From Eledone cirrhosa (lineage: Eukaryota), in contig OZ024741.1 of NCBI GenBank assembly GCA_964016885.1, positions 237,708,001 through 237,772,000 of the forward strand: a stretch of DNA of 64,000 bases, written 5' to 3'. Below, one piece after another: positions 36,735 to 49,300 of the stretch. The notes under the pieces are model-generated. The model did not search any database. It was not told the origin of the DNA and worked only from the letters and a program-made list of their open reading frames with translations. How positions within the stretch are numbered: position 1 is the stretch's first letter; each line of letters starts with the position of its first letter. A program made the position numbers and the translations under genes.

Positions 36735-37457
36735 CTATGGGAAAGGAAGTAAGATTTGATGAGGGTTCAATAAATAGCCTGTATTACATTGGTACATTGC
36801 TGCTTTTGTTTAAGTTATTTGACCTTTGACATTCTAAGTCCAAAAATTGGCAATTTTTTCTACAAAGTTGGGAGGAATGTATCCCACCTGAGGAAGGAGC
36901 CTTATGAGGTAGGGTGGCTGATGCAGCAGAGGTTGCTGGCTATTCTCCACGGCAATGCTTTCGCCATCATTTCTGCAGGATGTAGCTGAGATATACTGCC
37001 TAGACTTGGATGTAAAGTCTGCCTCTCCCCTCTTTATTCATTATTTAATGTTTTTTCTTTCTTTGTGTTTATTATGTAAAATATTTATGCAAATATAATT
37101 TGTAAAGTTTAGAGGTGTACATATTTACACATACACATATACACATATACACTGACATATACATATAGACACACAAATATATGCTTAAATGCATGCACAG
37201 GCACATATGTATAAACATACACATAAGTATGCACACACAGATACACATAAACATATCAACATAAATACACACAGACACATAGTTGTTCACACATGTAGAC
37301 ACATACACTTAGACATGCACATGCCTACACTCAGACAGACACACACACAAGCAAAAACATATGTATTACCATATTATGCACAGAGATTCTCCCATATATA
37401 GGAATGCACATCTACATACAAGTAAGGAATGCATACATACACACATTTAGAATATCT

Positions 37458-37730
37458 AAGGTTAACTGGTATGGAATAGCTAGGTTTAACTGGTGTGGAA
37501 TAGCTAGGTTTAACTGGTATTGAATGGCTAGGATTAGCTGGTATGGAATGTTGGGTTAACTGGTATAGAATGGTTATGATTAACTGGTATGGAATGGCTA
37601 GAATTAACTGGTATAGAATATTAGGGTTACTGGTATGGAATGGCTGTGGTTAATTGGTATGGAATGTTTGGTTAACTAGTATATATAATGTATTAGGTTA
37701 ACTTTCATATAATGGGTAGGGTTAACTTAT
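37458..37730. repeat. About 24-bp minisatellite in protocadherin intron 1
   Basis: ggttaactggtatggaatggctag-like units, about 11 copies. Confidence 0.9.
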
Positions 37731-38159
37731 ATTTTGAGCTAAATAAAGAGAGCCTCTATGTGTTTACTTGACTAGAAATAGCAACCACATTTATCACAAA
37801 TCACATTACCATCACCCTTTTAAGAAAGCAGGTCACTTTAGGTAACAAAACCTTAGATATATTATGTCTGAAAAACAATTAGGAGATGTTCAAAGCTGGA
37901 ACAATTTTGATTATACATCTGATTATCAACAACAACAGCTAGCTTGTAATGTTAGAGTTCAAACTAGGAATAACAGCATGACATTGTTCTAACAAAGTCA
38001 CCATTATGTTTTATATTCAGCTTTCATATTACCCCATATTCTATATTTGACTGAGATTTGTAGCTATGAGTAAAGATAAGCCTATTGCCATCTTATAGTA
38101 GCAACTAGTTTGGATTAAACTATTAGATATTGTTAACTTAGATAAGTGTTTCAACTCAC

Positions 38160-40460
38160 CTGATGAGTAATTTCTGTTGTTTCAAGAAGAACAGAAGAGT
38201 TTAATCCATCCAATATTGGTTGTCCACATGTTGCCCCACTTGGATGCACATTTGGATCAGGTGTACTTTGGTCTGATGGACTGATTTTGCTGTGGCAATG
38301 CTGATTGTTTCGGTTGTTGCATTTAGTAATGCACAATGTTAGAGGAATTGCAAATGATACAGATACCACAATTGCCACCAGGATTATGATAATTAATAAA
38401 TTTAAATCTAATTCCACTCCTGTTTGCTGTTCAGCAGATGTCATTGTTTTTGTGCTTTTGTTGTTAACAGTTACTGTCAGAGACAAATTAGTGAGAGATG
38501 AGAGAACAGGGGTGCCACTGTCTGTCACAGATATCTGTAGTTCATGAACACCAGAGTCATTGATGTTAATATGCCGGGCAAATAGTAGTAAACCAGAGTA
38601 ATGGTTGATGTCAAACAAGCTTCGGTTATTTCCTGTGATAATACTGTATGTGAGGAAAGCATTTTGTCCCCAATCAATGTCTTTTGCCTTCAAAACTGTG
38701 ATGTTATTTTGACTGGAATTGTAGAAAATATCAAGCGTAAAAGGATTGTCTGAAGGGAATATAAAATAAGGGGCATTATCATTTTCATCTGTAACTATAA
38801 CATTGACACTTGCTGTGCTATTGAGTGGTGGAGAGCCTTTATCAGTAGCCACAACATCAAAATTATAACTATTTTGTTGTTCACGGTCCAATGGTTCTTT
38901 AGTTGATATCATTCCATCTTTGGAGATTTGGAATGGTGTATGAGATTTGTCGGTGCAACACAAATGGAAGTGTAACTGCCCTCCTGGCCCCAGGTCTGCA
39001 TCTGTTGCGCTGAGAATACCTATTGTAGTGTGAGCTTTGTTGTTTTCTTTTGTCCAGAACTGGTAGAATTCCTTGGAAAACTTTGGGTGTTCATCATTAA
39101 TATCTGTTACAATGACTGAGAACTTATCTTTGGTCTGTAAAGGTGGGGTTCCCTTGTCATAGCAGGTGACCGTGACACCGTAGTAGTCGTCCAACTCTCT
39201 ATCAACTTTATTTTTGATAATAACTTTAAATTTCTTGGGACCTAATTCTACAAGCTGGAATTTATTATGTTTCATCTGACATACAACCTCTCCATTCTGA
39301 CCAACATCTTCATCTTCCACTTTAATGTATGCAATGAAACTACCAATTTGAATTTGTTCAGATATTATGGCAGTTTTACCTGATGTACTTGACACAAAGA
39401 TGAAATATATTTTGGGTGATTTATTCTTTTGATTTAAAATGTTTACAAGAACTCCTGTCATTGAGCTGAGAGGTGGTTTACCACCATCAATTGCTTCAAT
39501 ATACAACCAATGAGTCAATTTCTCCCCTGAACTAAATTTCCTTCGTAAGAACAATTCACCCGTCTTTTGGTTCAGTTCAAAATGGGATTTTAAATTTTCT
39601 GGTGTATTGATGCTGAAATGGTAGCTGATGTCACCATTTTTCTCCATATCTTCATCACTTGCAGATAACAGCAAGATTGGAGAAGGTTGATAATTTTCAT
39701 TGATAACAGTAATATTGTAGACATTGTGTGTAAATACAGGGGGATTATCATTGACATCGACAACTTTAACTTCAACGTCCAGAACATTTTCTTTAGTTGG
39801 AATTCCCTTGTCTTTAGCAATTACCTGCATCTTGTATACATCTTTTGTTTCTCTGTCAAGATTCTCTTCAAGATAAATCCAAAGTTCATCTGTTTCATCG
39901 AGACGTTTGGAAACAGTTAGTGAAAAGGGATCACCAGGGTTGACCTTTAGTTGATATTCTATCTCTGAGTTCAATTCTCCAATATCTTTATCAAAAGCGC
40001 TTGGAATCCTTCTTGTTCTCCCCATTTTGTCATCCTCTAAAAACTCTATTTTCACTTTACTCTTAGGAAACTGAGGGCAGTGATCATTAAGGTCAAGCAC
40101 AAATATTTTAATTTCAAGTATTTTGATAAAAGTCTCAGCTTTTTCAATAGCAATGTCTACAGTTCTAGAACATTCCCTGTTCTGAACACACATTGATTCT
40201 GCATCTAGCATTTGAGTAGTGTACAGCTTACCTGTTTTTTCTGATACACGGAAGAAAGGCAAACCATCTGTGAAACCTTGGCCCACCTGGTTGAATCGGA
40301 TGAGATCTTTCTCTAGAGCATTGATGCTATTCAGTAGCTTAGAGTCATCTGCAATGTCACCAAGAAATGTACCTGGCTTTTTGCCTTCTTCCACATAATA
40401 TATTAAGTCTGCACCAGAACAACATTGAAGGGTTATAAAAACTACTATCAATGTGAACAT
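38160..40460 (-). CDS. Protocadherin exon 1 (signal peptide, 6 cadherin repeats, TM, juxtamembrane)
   Basis: DLNDHCPQF, LDRE, DVNDNPPVF, DINDEHPKF and DENDNAPYF motifs. TM is LLIIIILVAIVVSVSFAIPLTLC. Donor CAG|GTGAGT at 38160/38159. Confidence 0.96.
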
Positions 40461-40967
40461 GACACATTGATGCTGAATACAGCGAACAGTTTAGATAGAG
40501 TGGTTTCATCCATAAAAGTCCATGGAGAATGCATCAGGCTATTCATCTACAGAGATAATACTGTGTGTACAGAGTAAGATAGTTCAGGAAGAGAGCAGAC
40601 AGCCTATATATTTATAGGAATTTCATTCTGTAAGGACCAGAGAAATTATATCAGACAGTTTCACTATTCAATAATCAGAAAAAATATATAAATAGAAAAT
40701 ACAACATATAATTTATACATTCATAGACGTGTGTGTGTATTCTTCCAGTGCACTGTGCCTATGTAGAAGCATCACCTTCAAGGATTTTAGTAAATTATAT
40801 TAACCCCAATATTCAGTCTGTTATTTATCAAATTGTTGTGGTTTATCCAAGATACATCCTTTAAAAAAGTAACTGCCCTCTATGGACTTAAATACCACAC
40901 ATTATTTACCCAAACACAGGATAAATTGTAAGTATATATATATTATATATGTGTTGGCATTAAACAT

Positions 40968-41160
40968 GTGTTGGCTGAAAAGTTCATAGGCCGATCAAGA
41001 TACTTTCATGGAATGACCAAATGAAGTTTATTTTTCAACATAGTACCTGGAAAGAGACAATGTAGTTATTAATAAGAAGAGTTGGAATTAATGCATGCAA
41101 GATTTCGTAGATCTAGCATCATTCCATCATAGTCCGCCTATGAACTTTTCAGCTGACCTT
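40968..41160. mobile_element. Mariner-like MITE / deletion derivative
   Basis: TIRs ggctgaaaagttcataggc and gcctatgaacttttcagct. Confidence 0.75.
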
Positions 41161-41374
41161 CATATATGCTTAGTTCTAGTGTTGGGGTGTGGCATTGACA
41201 CTGGTTAATGGGCTGGGTTAGTATTTACATGATAGTGAAGGGTGAATGTGTGAGTTTATAGAAAGTATTGTTTGCTACCATATAGTGGTAAGAATATCAT
41301 CGTTACTTGGCAAATTTCAGATAAATTATATTGTTTGCAATAAAAAAAGAAAACAAAAGCAAACAAAAAGTCAA

Positions 41375-41490
41375 CAATTTGAAGGGGTTGGGAAAGTCGG
41401 TTAAATAGACTCCAGTGTGTTACTGGTACTTTATTTTATCGACCCTGTAAGGATGAAAGGTAAAGCTAACCATAGTGAGATTTGAACTAA
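41375..41490 (-). mobile_element. SINE fragment
   Basis: tactggtactttattttatcgaccctgtaaggatgaaagg. Confidence 0.75.
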
Positions 41491-41784
41491 TGAAAGTAAG
41501 GGGTGAGGGAAGAAATGGCTGATTCTAGATTCCAGTCTAGGTTGTCAAGTGTGTATGTATGAGTGTGTATGTGTGTGTGTGTGTGTGTGACACAAACTAA
41601 AAATCTCATACAAAAAAGAAAATTGATTTCGTGAAATACTATATTGGCAATTAACGTCTTTCTAGTGGAAAGCGAAATAACCATTAAAAAATGCTTGAAA
41701 ACGACTTAGAAAAATTTAAATTAAAATCAAAGTTTAATTCCAAAGAGAGAAAATTGGAACATTATCAACTGAAAGTTCCTTAAA

Positions 41785-41820
41785 CTCTGAAGAAGGGACT
41801 TTTAGGTCCCGAAATATTGG
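41785..41820 (+). ncRNA. Minimal hammerhead motif (weak stem I)
   Basis: CTGAAGA-A-GGGAC-TTTTAG-GTCCC-GAAA-TA-TT|GG. Confidence 0.6.
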
Positions 41821-42049
41821 ACAAAAAAAAAGAACAACAACAACAAAAAACAAAACAAAGATTACCAGGTAACTTAGTTTTCGTTACCTCATCTTACAGT
41901 CCATTTTGAATTGTTTAGCCTTCTATCTCTTTCAATGTTATATATTATATTCAATACTTCAAGCAAACTACAACACTTTATTATGTATATAACGGCAGCG
42001 AAGATTTGAAACCGAATCTGAGCTTTCCCGCCACTGGGACAAGCTGTGG

Positions 42050-42300
42050 TTAGTTGTTTACGCCTGGCAGACCAACCCTTTGGGAGATGCTAACCACAGG
42101 TCAGATGTTGTTTACGCCTGGCAGAAAAGAGGTCAGATGATATATCCATCCTTCTAACTTCAACCGTTATAAATACAAAGGTTGTTTATGGCCGGCAGAC
42201 CAACCCCTTGGGAGATGTTAACCACAGGTCAGATGATATATCTATCCTTCTAACTTCAACCCTTATAAATACAAGGGTTGTTTACACCCGGCAGAAAAAG
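42050..42300. repeat. Modular direct repeats, possibly within a solo LTR (about 41940-42722)
   Basis: gttgtttacgcctggcaga occurs 4 times. ccaacc..tgggagatg.taaccacaggtcagatg and gatatat..atccttctaacttcaacc..tataaatacaa each occur twice. AATAAA lies near 42656. No TSD found. Confidence 0.6.
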
Positions 42301-42951
42301 TGAGACCACAGCAAAACAGGATGTATTTTCACCAACGCTGTCAATACTCCCTTCACGAAAAACAGTCTGTCCACTAATTTCTCACACGACACTCCCGTCT
42401 GGCTGATTGAATCCTACTACTGCTAAGACAAGAAAGTATACTAATACGCACACACGCACACATAGTAAGTTCACACTGTTGGAATTTTACACGTACCATT
42501 TCTGTCATATTGTATCTTTCAGATACAATACAAATTATATTATAATCGTATTCTGTGATACTTGTATTTATGTGGCTCGATGAGCCACCAGCTTATTGTA
42601 CGGATATTTCATGTTATAGATTTTATCATTCAATATTCAAATTGAATATTGTTATAATAAAATAAACTTTGTAACAACGCAATCCTGGTATTATTCTTTG
42701 CACTGAAACCATCATACCAACAATCCCAGCTATACATTACATATATATATATGCAGAACACCAGAGACATACCCCTAGATCAACAGTGCAACACTCAAGT
42801 GATGATATATGAAGTAGAAGTGACTTCCACCAACCAGAATCACCAAACTGAAGCCTGGACTTATGTAGGAATGTCTGAGAGCTGGTTCAAAAGCCATTTC
42901 CTGAACCACGGAACAACCTTCAGACTTCCTGCCAATATCTATATATATATA

Positions 42952-43029
42952 CAGGATGTCCAAAAAGTCACTAGACCATTTTATATATATATTTATATAA
43001 AATGGTCTAGTGACTTTTGGGGCACCCTG
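42952..43029. mobile_element. 78-bp palindromic Tc1/mariner MITE
   Basis: TA-CAGGATGTCCAAAAAGTCACTAGACCATTTTATATA...TATATAAAATGGTCTAGTGACTTTTGGGGCACCCTG-TA. Confidence 0.88.
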
Positions 43030-43281
43030 TATATAAATATATACACACACATGCATACGCATGCGCGCAAGTATAGCTCTTTTTTACAAAACAGTTTTTT
43101 TTCCATTTCAGGTAGACGCGCTCCATCATCCTCTTTTCTAAAAAAATAAATCATACACAAAACGCCAGAATCAACAGTTTTCCAAGTGATGTCAACATGA
43201 ATGGACCTGTTATTTTATCTAAAGACTTTTTTTCCAATTCCACCCCGCCCGTTCCTTCAATCTATCTGATTTCTCATTCTT

Positions 43282-43317
43282 TCTTCTGATGAAGGACTAG
43301 TGTCTGAAACGTTAAGA
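43282..43317 (+). ncRNA. Minimal type I hammerhead ribozyme (Penelope pLTR type)
   Basis: TCTT-CTGATGA-A-GGAC-TAGT-GTCT-GAAAC-GTT|AAGA. Stems I and II pair and stem III is the ACGT palindrome. Confidence 0.88.
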
Positions 43318-43422
43318 CCCTATTCCTGCTATATCAAGCGTTAACCTAATATATCCCTTCCATATACGGTTCCGATTGTGTTGTTATTTCTGTTAACCTT
43401 TTACATACATATATATATATAT

Positions 43423-45660
43423 TTGACGGGATGGGGGAAGTAGAGAAGACTATCAAGTGGCCAGGAGGGAAGCTAGGAGACAAATGTACTTCGCAAGAAG
43501 GGAAGTAGAGGAAAGAAAGTTCAAGCATGTTCTACAACGCGAGGACCAAAAACGTGAGGTGTTCAGGATTGCTAGGCAATGTGTCAAGGAAAACCGTGAT
43601 ATTGTCGGGGAGAAGTGTGTGCTTAATGATGATGGTGTACTTGCCATCACTGACGCTGATAAGAAGGTAGCTTGGAAGTGTCACTCCGAAAGGCTACTAA
43701 ATGAGGAGAATAAATGGGAGAAAGACAGTCTCCCCACATCAATCCAATAGAGGGACCAGCAGTGCAAGTTGAAGGTAGTATAGTAAGGCGATCAAAGATA
43801 TGAAGACAGGCAAGGCGGCTGGGCCTTCGGAAATAGTTGCTGAAATGCTGAAAGCATCTGGAACGGTGGGACACACTATGGTCACCCGGATAGTAAGTCA
43901 TACAGAATGGGGTCGTTCTGAAGGACTGGCGTAGCAGCATCATCATTAACTGCTACAAGGGTAAAGGAGATGCCCTAGATAGGGGAAACTATAGAGGCAT
44001 TAAATTAATTGACCAGGTCATGAAGGTCACAGAAAAAGTAATAGCTCAACTAATCAGAGAGCGAATTGATCTAGATGAAATGCAGTTCGGGTTTGTGTAA
44101 AAGTACAACAGACGCTCTTTTCATTGTACGACAACTACAGGAGAAGTACCTAGCTAAAAGTAAACCCCTATACTTAGCTTTTGTTGACTTGGAGAAAGCC
44201 TTTGACAGAGTACCCCGCTCCATTATCTGGTGGGCTCTTAGAAAACTAGGTGTTGATGAATGGCTTGTGAGAGCTATACAAGCCATGTATAAAGAAACAG
44301 TCAGTAAGGTTAGAATTAACAACGAATATAGTGAAGAGTTTAGCGTAAAAGTTGGTGTTCATCAGGGCTCCGTCCTTAGCCCCCTACTATTTATTATTGC
44401 CCTTCAGGCTATAACAGAGGAGTTCAAGACCGGCAGCCCATGGGAACTCCTATACGCAGATGATCTAACGCTCATAGCTGAATCAATGGCCGAACTAGAG
44501 AAGAAATTCCAAACATGGAAGCATGGCCTAGAATCAAAAGGCCTTAAAATTAACTTGTCTAAGACTAAAGTTCTAGTTTGTAGGAAGGAAAATAGGGCAC
44601 TGGTCCCATCTGGGAAATGGCCATGCTCAGTGTGTAGGAAAGGAGTAGGCAGAAACTCCATTTTATGTCCCAAATGCAAAGTATAGGTGCATAAAAGATG
44701 TAGTGGGATCACAGGTAAGCAAACTAAGAATATAGATTTTATATGTGGCCGGTGCTCAGGTGCAATAAGTAGCAGCAAGTGCCCACTGAATACTAGCTCA
44801 TTCCATTGCACAGATGGTTCTATAGAAATAGTTGACACCCGTTACCTGGGTGACATAATCAGCAGTGGTGGAGGGTGCTCTGAAAGTACAGTAGCTAGAG
44901 TCAGAACGGGATGGAAAAAGTTCAGAGAGTTTATACCACTATTGGCCGCTAAAGGGTTCTCTTTAAAAATGAAAGGCAGGCTGTATGATGCCTGCATACG
45001 AACAGCAATGTTACATGGCAGTGAGACCTGGGCATTGTGTGCAGAGGATATACGCAGACTGGAGAGACACGAAGCTTGCATACTCCGCTGGATGTGTAAT
45101 AGTAATATACGTGAACGGCAAAGCATAAATGAACTAAGGGAGAAATTAGAAATAAGAGGGATCAGATGTTGTTTACTCGAGAGAAGGCTACGTTGGTATG
45201 GACACGTGATGCGCATGAAAGACGACAGCTGTATAAAAAAGTGCAGGGCGATAAAAATAGATGGTAGCCACGGAGTAGGCAGACCCAGAAAAACCTGGGA
45301 CGACTTGATAAATTCCGACCTCACACACTTACACCTCTCCAAGACAATGTCACTGGACTGAGATCTTTGGCGCTACACAGTAATATAGAAGACCCACCTT
45401 GCCTAAGTACAAAGCGAAACCTACAGTCAGTAGGCAGTAGGCACCTCTTAACAAAAAAAAAAATACACACCCGTCCCACTACCCCCACCCCATCCACACC
45501 ACCCCTTTCAATGTAAAGTTATGTTGGTACCACAACATCCAGTCCTAAATAAATGAGGTCGTGTAGGTGTCACGACAAAAAAATACACAGTGTAAGGGCG
45601 GTGCCCCAGCATGGCCTCAGCCGGATGGCTGAAAGAGGTAAAAGAGAGTAAAAGAGAGTC
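43423..45660 (+). mobile_element. RTE-clade LINE, 5'-truncated
   Basis: FVDLEKAFDRV, GVHQGSVLSPLLF, LLYADDL and an internal Cys-rich insert. Tandem 3' tail gtaaaagaga. Confidence 0.96.
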
Positions 45661-45671
45661 CACGCTGTAAT

Positions 45672-45924
45672 GTGTAAGACAACAGGTTGAAATTAAGTTC
45701 GTTTATTGATATGCCACCAGTTCTTTGAGAAAACAACACCATACTTCGGGACAGGGCATATCAAAGGACCGAAATAACAGAGGTAAACTTTGTTTCATCA
45801 TTCAGTTTTTCTGTTTTTTCTTTCTGTCTGATGAGGTCATAGCTGTTGAATAATGGTCATCACCAAAATATATATTACAGCGAATATGAATAAACGAAGT
45901 TAATTTTAACCTGTTGACTTACAC
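45672..45924. repeat. Fold-back unit (arms about 45672-45712 and 45884-45924), related to 7530-7834
   Basis: gtgtaagacaacaggttgaaattaagttcgtttatt is mirrored by aataaacgaagttaattttaacctgttgacttacac. Confidence 0.85.
45824..45880 (+). ncRNA. Hammerhead motif (G12>A, likely inactive)
   Basis: CTGT-CTGATGA-GGT...ACC-AAAA-TATATA-TT|ACAG. Confidence 0.65.
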
Positions 45925-45929
45925 TTCTT

Positions 45930-46157
45930 GTTTTACGCTCGGAGTTGCTGAGGCGTGGAGCAAGCTACCTGCGTCGGTTGTTGGCTGTCGAGACGCTGCA
46001 TCCTTTAAGGCCTCCGTGCTTCCCGAGATCCGCCAACACTACAGCTAACACATACACACATGTACTTCCCTGACATTTGTGTGTTATTCTATGTACTATA
46101 TTGACGAGTTGTAGTGCACCTGAGCACTTTACACAATAATTTCATTATTATTATTAT
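45930..46157 (+). mobile_element. CR1/L2-group LINE 3' end
   Basis: FTLGVAEAWSKLPASVVGCRDAASFK.. then a stop, a short UTR and an (ATT)n tail. Confidence 0.8.
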
Positions 46158-46319
46158 ATATATATATACATACATACACAACACCGGCTCTATAAAAGTT
46201 TCTTGAGACAGAAAAGTTACTCAATTAAAATGAATAAAATAAAGTTATAAATCATATTAATTATAGTAGATACAATAAGTGAATAGATCATACCTGCTCA
46301 GTGCTGTGATGGTTGTATT

Positions 46320-49300
46320 TACAGTGATGTAGTTATAGTGGTGTAGGGGTTGGGGTTATAGTGGTGTAGGGGTTGTGGTTACAGTGGTGTAGTGGTTGTA
46401 GTTACAGTGGTGTAGTTATAGTGGTGTAGTGGTTGTTGCTACAGTGGTGTAGTGGTTGTGGTTATAGTGGTGTAGGGGTTGTGGTTACAGTGGTGTAGTG
46501 GTTGTAGTTACAGTGGTGTAGGGATTATGGTTACAGTGGTGTAGTAGTTGTGATTACAGTGGTATAGTGGTTGTGGTTACAGTGGTGTAGTGGTTGTGAT
46601 TATAGTGGTGTAGCGGTTGTGGTTACAGTGATGTAGTGGTTATAGTGGTGTAGTGGTTGTGGTTACAGTTGTGTAGGGATTGGGGTTATAGTGGTGTAGA
46701 GGTTGTGGTTATAGTGGTGTAGTGGTTGTGGTTCTAGTTACAGTGGTGTAGTGGTTGTGGTTCTAGTTACAGTGGTGTAGTGGTTGTGGTTCTAGTTATA
46801 GTGGTGTAGAGGTTGTGGTTCTAGTTATAGTGGTGTAGTGGTTGTGGTTCTAGTTACAGTGGTGTAGTGGTTGTGGTTCTAGTTATAGTGGAGTAGTGGT
46901 TGTGGTTCTAGTTATAGTGGTGTAGAGGTTGTGGTTCTAGTTATAGTGGTGTAGTGGTTGTGGTTCTAGTTACAGTGGTGTAGTGGTTGTGGTTCTAGTT
47001 ATAGTGGTGTAGTGGTTGTGGTTCTAGTTACAGTGGTGTAGTGGTTGTGGTTCTAGTTATAGTGGTGTAGAGGTTGTGGTTCTAGTTATAGTGGTGTAGT
47101 GGTTGTGGTTCTAGTTACAGTGGTGTAGTGGTTGTGGTTCTAGTTATAGTGGAGTAGTGGTTGTGGTTCTAGTTATAGTGGAGTAGTGGTTGTGGTTCTA
47201 GTTACAGTGGTGTAGTGGTTGTGGTTCTAGTTATAGTGGTGTAGTGGTTGTGGTTCTAGTTATAGTGGTGTAGAGGTTGTGGTTCTAGTTATAGTGGTGT
47301 AGTGGTTGTGGTTCTAGTTATAGTGGTGTAGTGGTTGTGGTTCTAGTTACAGTGGTGTAGAGGTTGTGGTTCTAGTTATAGTGGAGTAGTGGTTGTGGTT
47401 CTAGTTATAGTGGTGTAGAGGTTGTGGTTCTAGTTATAGTGGTGTAGTGGTTGTGGTTCTAGTTATAGTGGTGTAGTGGTTGTGGTTCTAGTTATAGCGG
47501 TGTAGTGGTTGTGGTTCTAGTTATAGTGGTGTAGAGGTTGTGGTTCTAGTTATAGTGGTGTAGTGGTTGTGGTTCTAGTTACAGTGGTGTAGTGGTTGTG
47601 GTTCTAGTTATAGTGGTGTAGTGGTTGTGGTTCTAGTTATAGTGGTGTAGAGGTTGTGGTTCTAGTTATAGTGGTGTAGAGGTTGTGGTTCTAGTTATAG
47701 TGGTGTAGTGGTTGTGGTTCTAGTTATAGTGGTTTAGAGGTTGTGGTTCTAGTTATAGTGGTGTAGAGGTTGTGGTTCTAGTTATAGTGGTGTAGTGGTT
47801 GTGGTTCTAGTTATAGTGGTGTAGTGGTTGTGGTTCTAGTTACAGTGGTGTAGAGGTTGTGGTTCTAGTTACAGTGGTGTAGTGGTTGTGGTTTCTAGTT
47901 ATAGTGGTGTAGTGGTTGTGGTTCTAGTTACAGTGGTGTAGTGGTTGTGGTTCTAGTTATAGTGGTGTAGTGGTTGTGGTTCTAGTTATAGTGGTGTAGT
48001 GGTTGTGGTTCTAGTTATAGTGGTGTAGTGGTTGTGGTTCTAGTTACAGTGGTGTAGAGGTTGTGGTTCTAGTTATAGTGGTGTAGTGGTTGTGGTTTCT
48101 AGTTATAGTGGTGTAGAGGTTGTGGTTCTAGTTATAGTGGAGTAGTGGTTGTGGTTCTAGTTACAGTGGTGTAGTGGTTGTGGTTCTAGTTATAGTGGTG
48201 TAGTGGTTGTGGTTCTAGTTATAGTGGTGTAGTGGTTGTGGTTCTAGTTATAGTGGAGTAGTGGTTGTGGTTTCTAGTTATAGTGGTGTAGTGGTTGTGG
48301 TTCTAGTTATAGTGGAGTAGTGGTTGTGGTTTCTAGTTATAGTGGTGTAGAGGTTGTGGTTCTAGTTATAGTGGTGTAGTGGTTGTGGTTCTAGTTATAG
48401 TGGTGTAGTGGTTGTGGTTCTAGTTACAGTGGTGTAGTGGTTGTGGTTCTAGTTATAGTGGTGTAGAGGTTGTGGTTCTAGTTACAGTGGTGTAGTGGTT
48501 GTGGTTCTAGTTATAGTGGTGTAGAGGTTGTGGTTCTAGTTATAGTGGTGTAGTGGTTGTGGTTCTAGTTATAGTAGTGTAGAGGTTGTGGTTCTAGTTA
48601 TAGTGGTGTAGTGGTTGTGGTTCTAGTTACAGTGGTGTAGTGGTTGTGGTTCTAGTTATAGTGGTGTAGTGGTTGTGGTTCTAGTTATAGTGGTGTAGTG
48701 GTTGTGGTTCTAGTTATAGTGGTGTAGTGGTTGTGGTTCTAGTTATAGTGGTGTAGAGGTTGTGGTTCTAGTTACAGTGGTGTAGTGGTTGTGGTTCTAG
48801 TTACAGTGGTGTAGAGGTTGTGGTTCTAGTTACAGTGGTGTAGTGGTTGTGGTTCTAGTTATAGTGGTGTAGAGGTTGTGGTTCTAGTTATAGTGGTGTA
48901 GTGGTTGTGGTTCTAGTTACAGTGGTGTAGTGGTTGTGGTTCTAGTTACAGTGGTGTAGTGGTTGTGGTTCTAGTTACAGTGGTGTAGTGGTTGTGGTTC
49001 TAGTTACAGTGGTGTAGTGATTGTGGTTCTAGTTACAGTGGTGTAGAGGTTGTGGTTCTAGTTATAGTGGTGTAGTGGTTGTGGTTCTAGTTACAGTGGT
49101 GTAGTGGTTGTGGTTCTAGTTACAGTGGTGTAGTGGTTGTGGTTCTAGTTACAGTGGTGTAATGGTTGTGGTTCTAGTTACAGTGGTGTACTGGTTGTGG
49201 TTCTAGTTACAGTGGTGTAGTGGTTGTGGTTCTAGTTATAGTGGTGTAGTGGTTGTGGTTCTAGTTACAGTGGTGTACTGGTTGTGGTTCTAGTTACAGT

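Larger units (their letters stand above)
42765..43405 (+). mobile_element. Penelope-like element 3' part (GIY-YIG fragment plus pLTR)
   Basis: PLDQQCNTQVMIYEVEV..TYVGMSESWFKSHFLNHGTTF, followed by a hammerhead at 43282. Confidence 0.8.
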
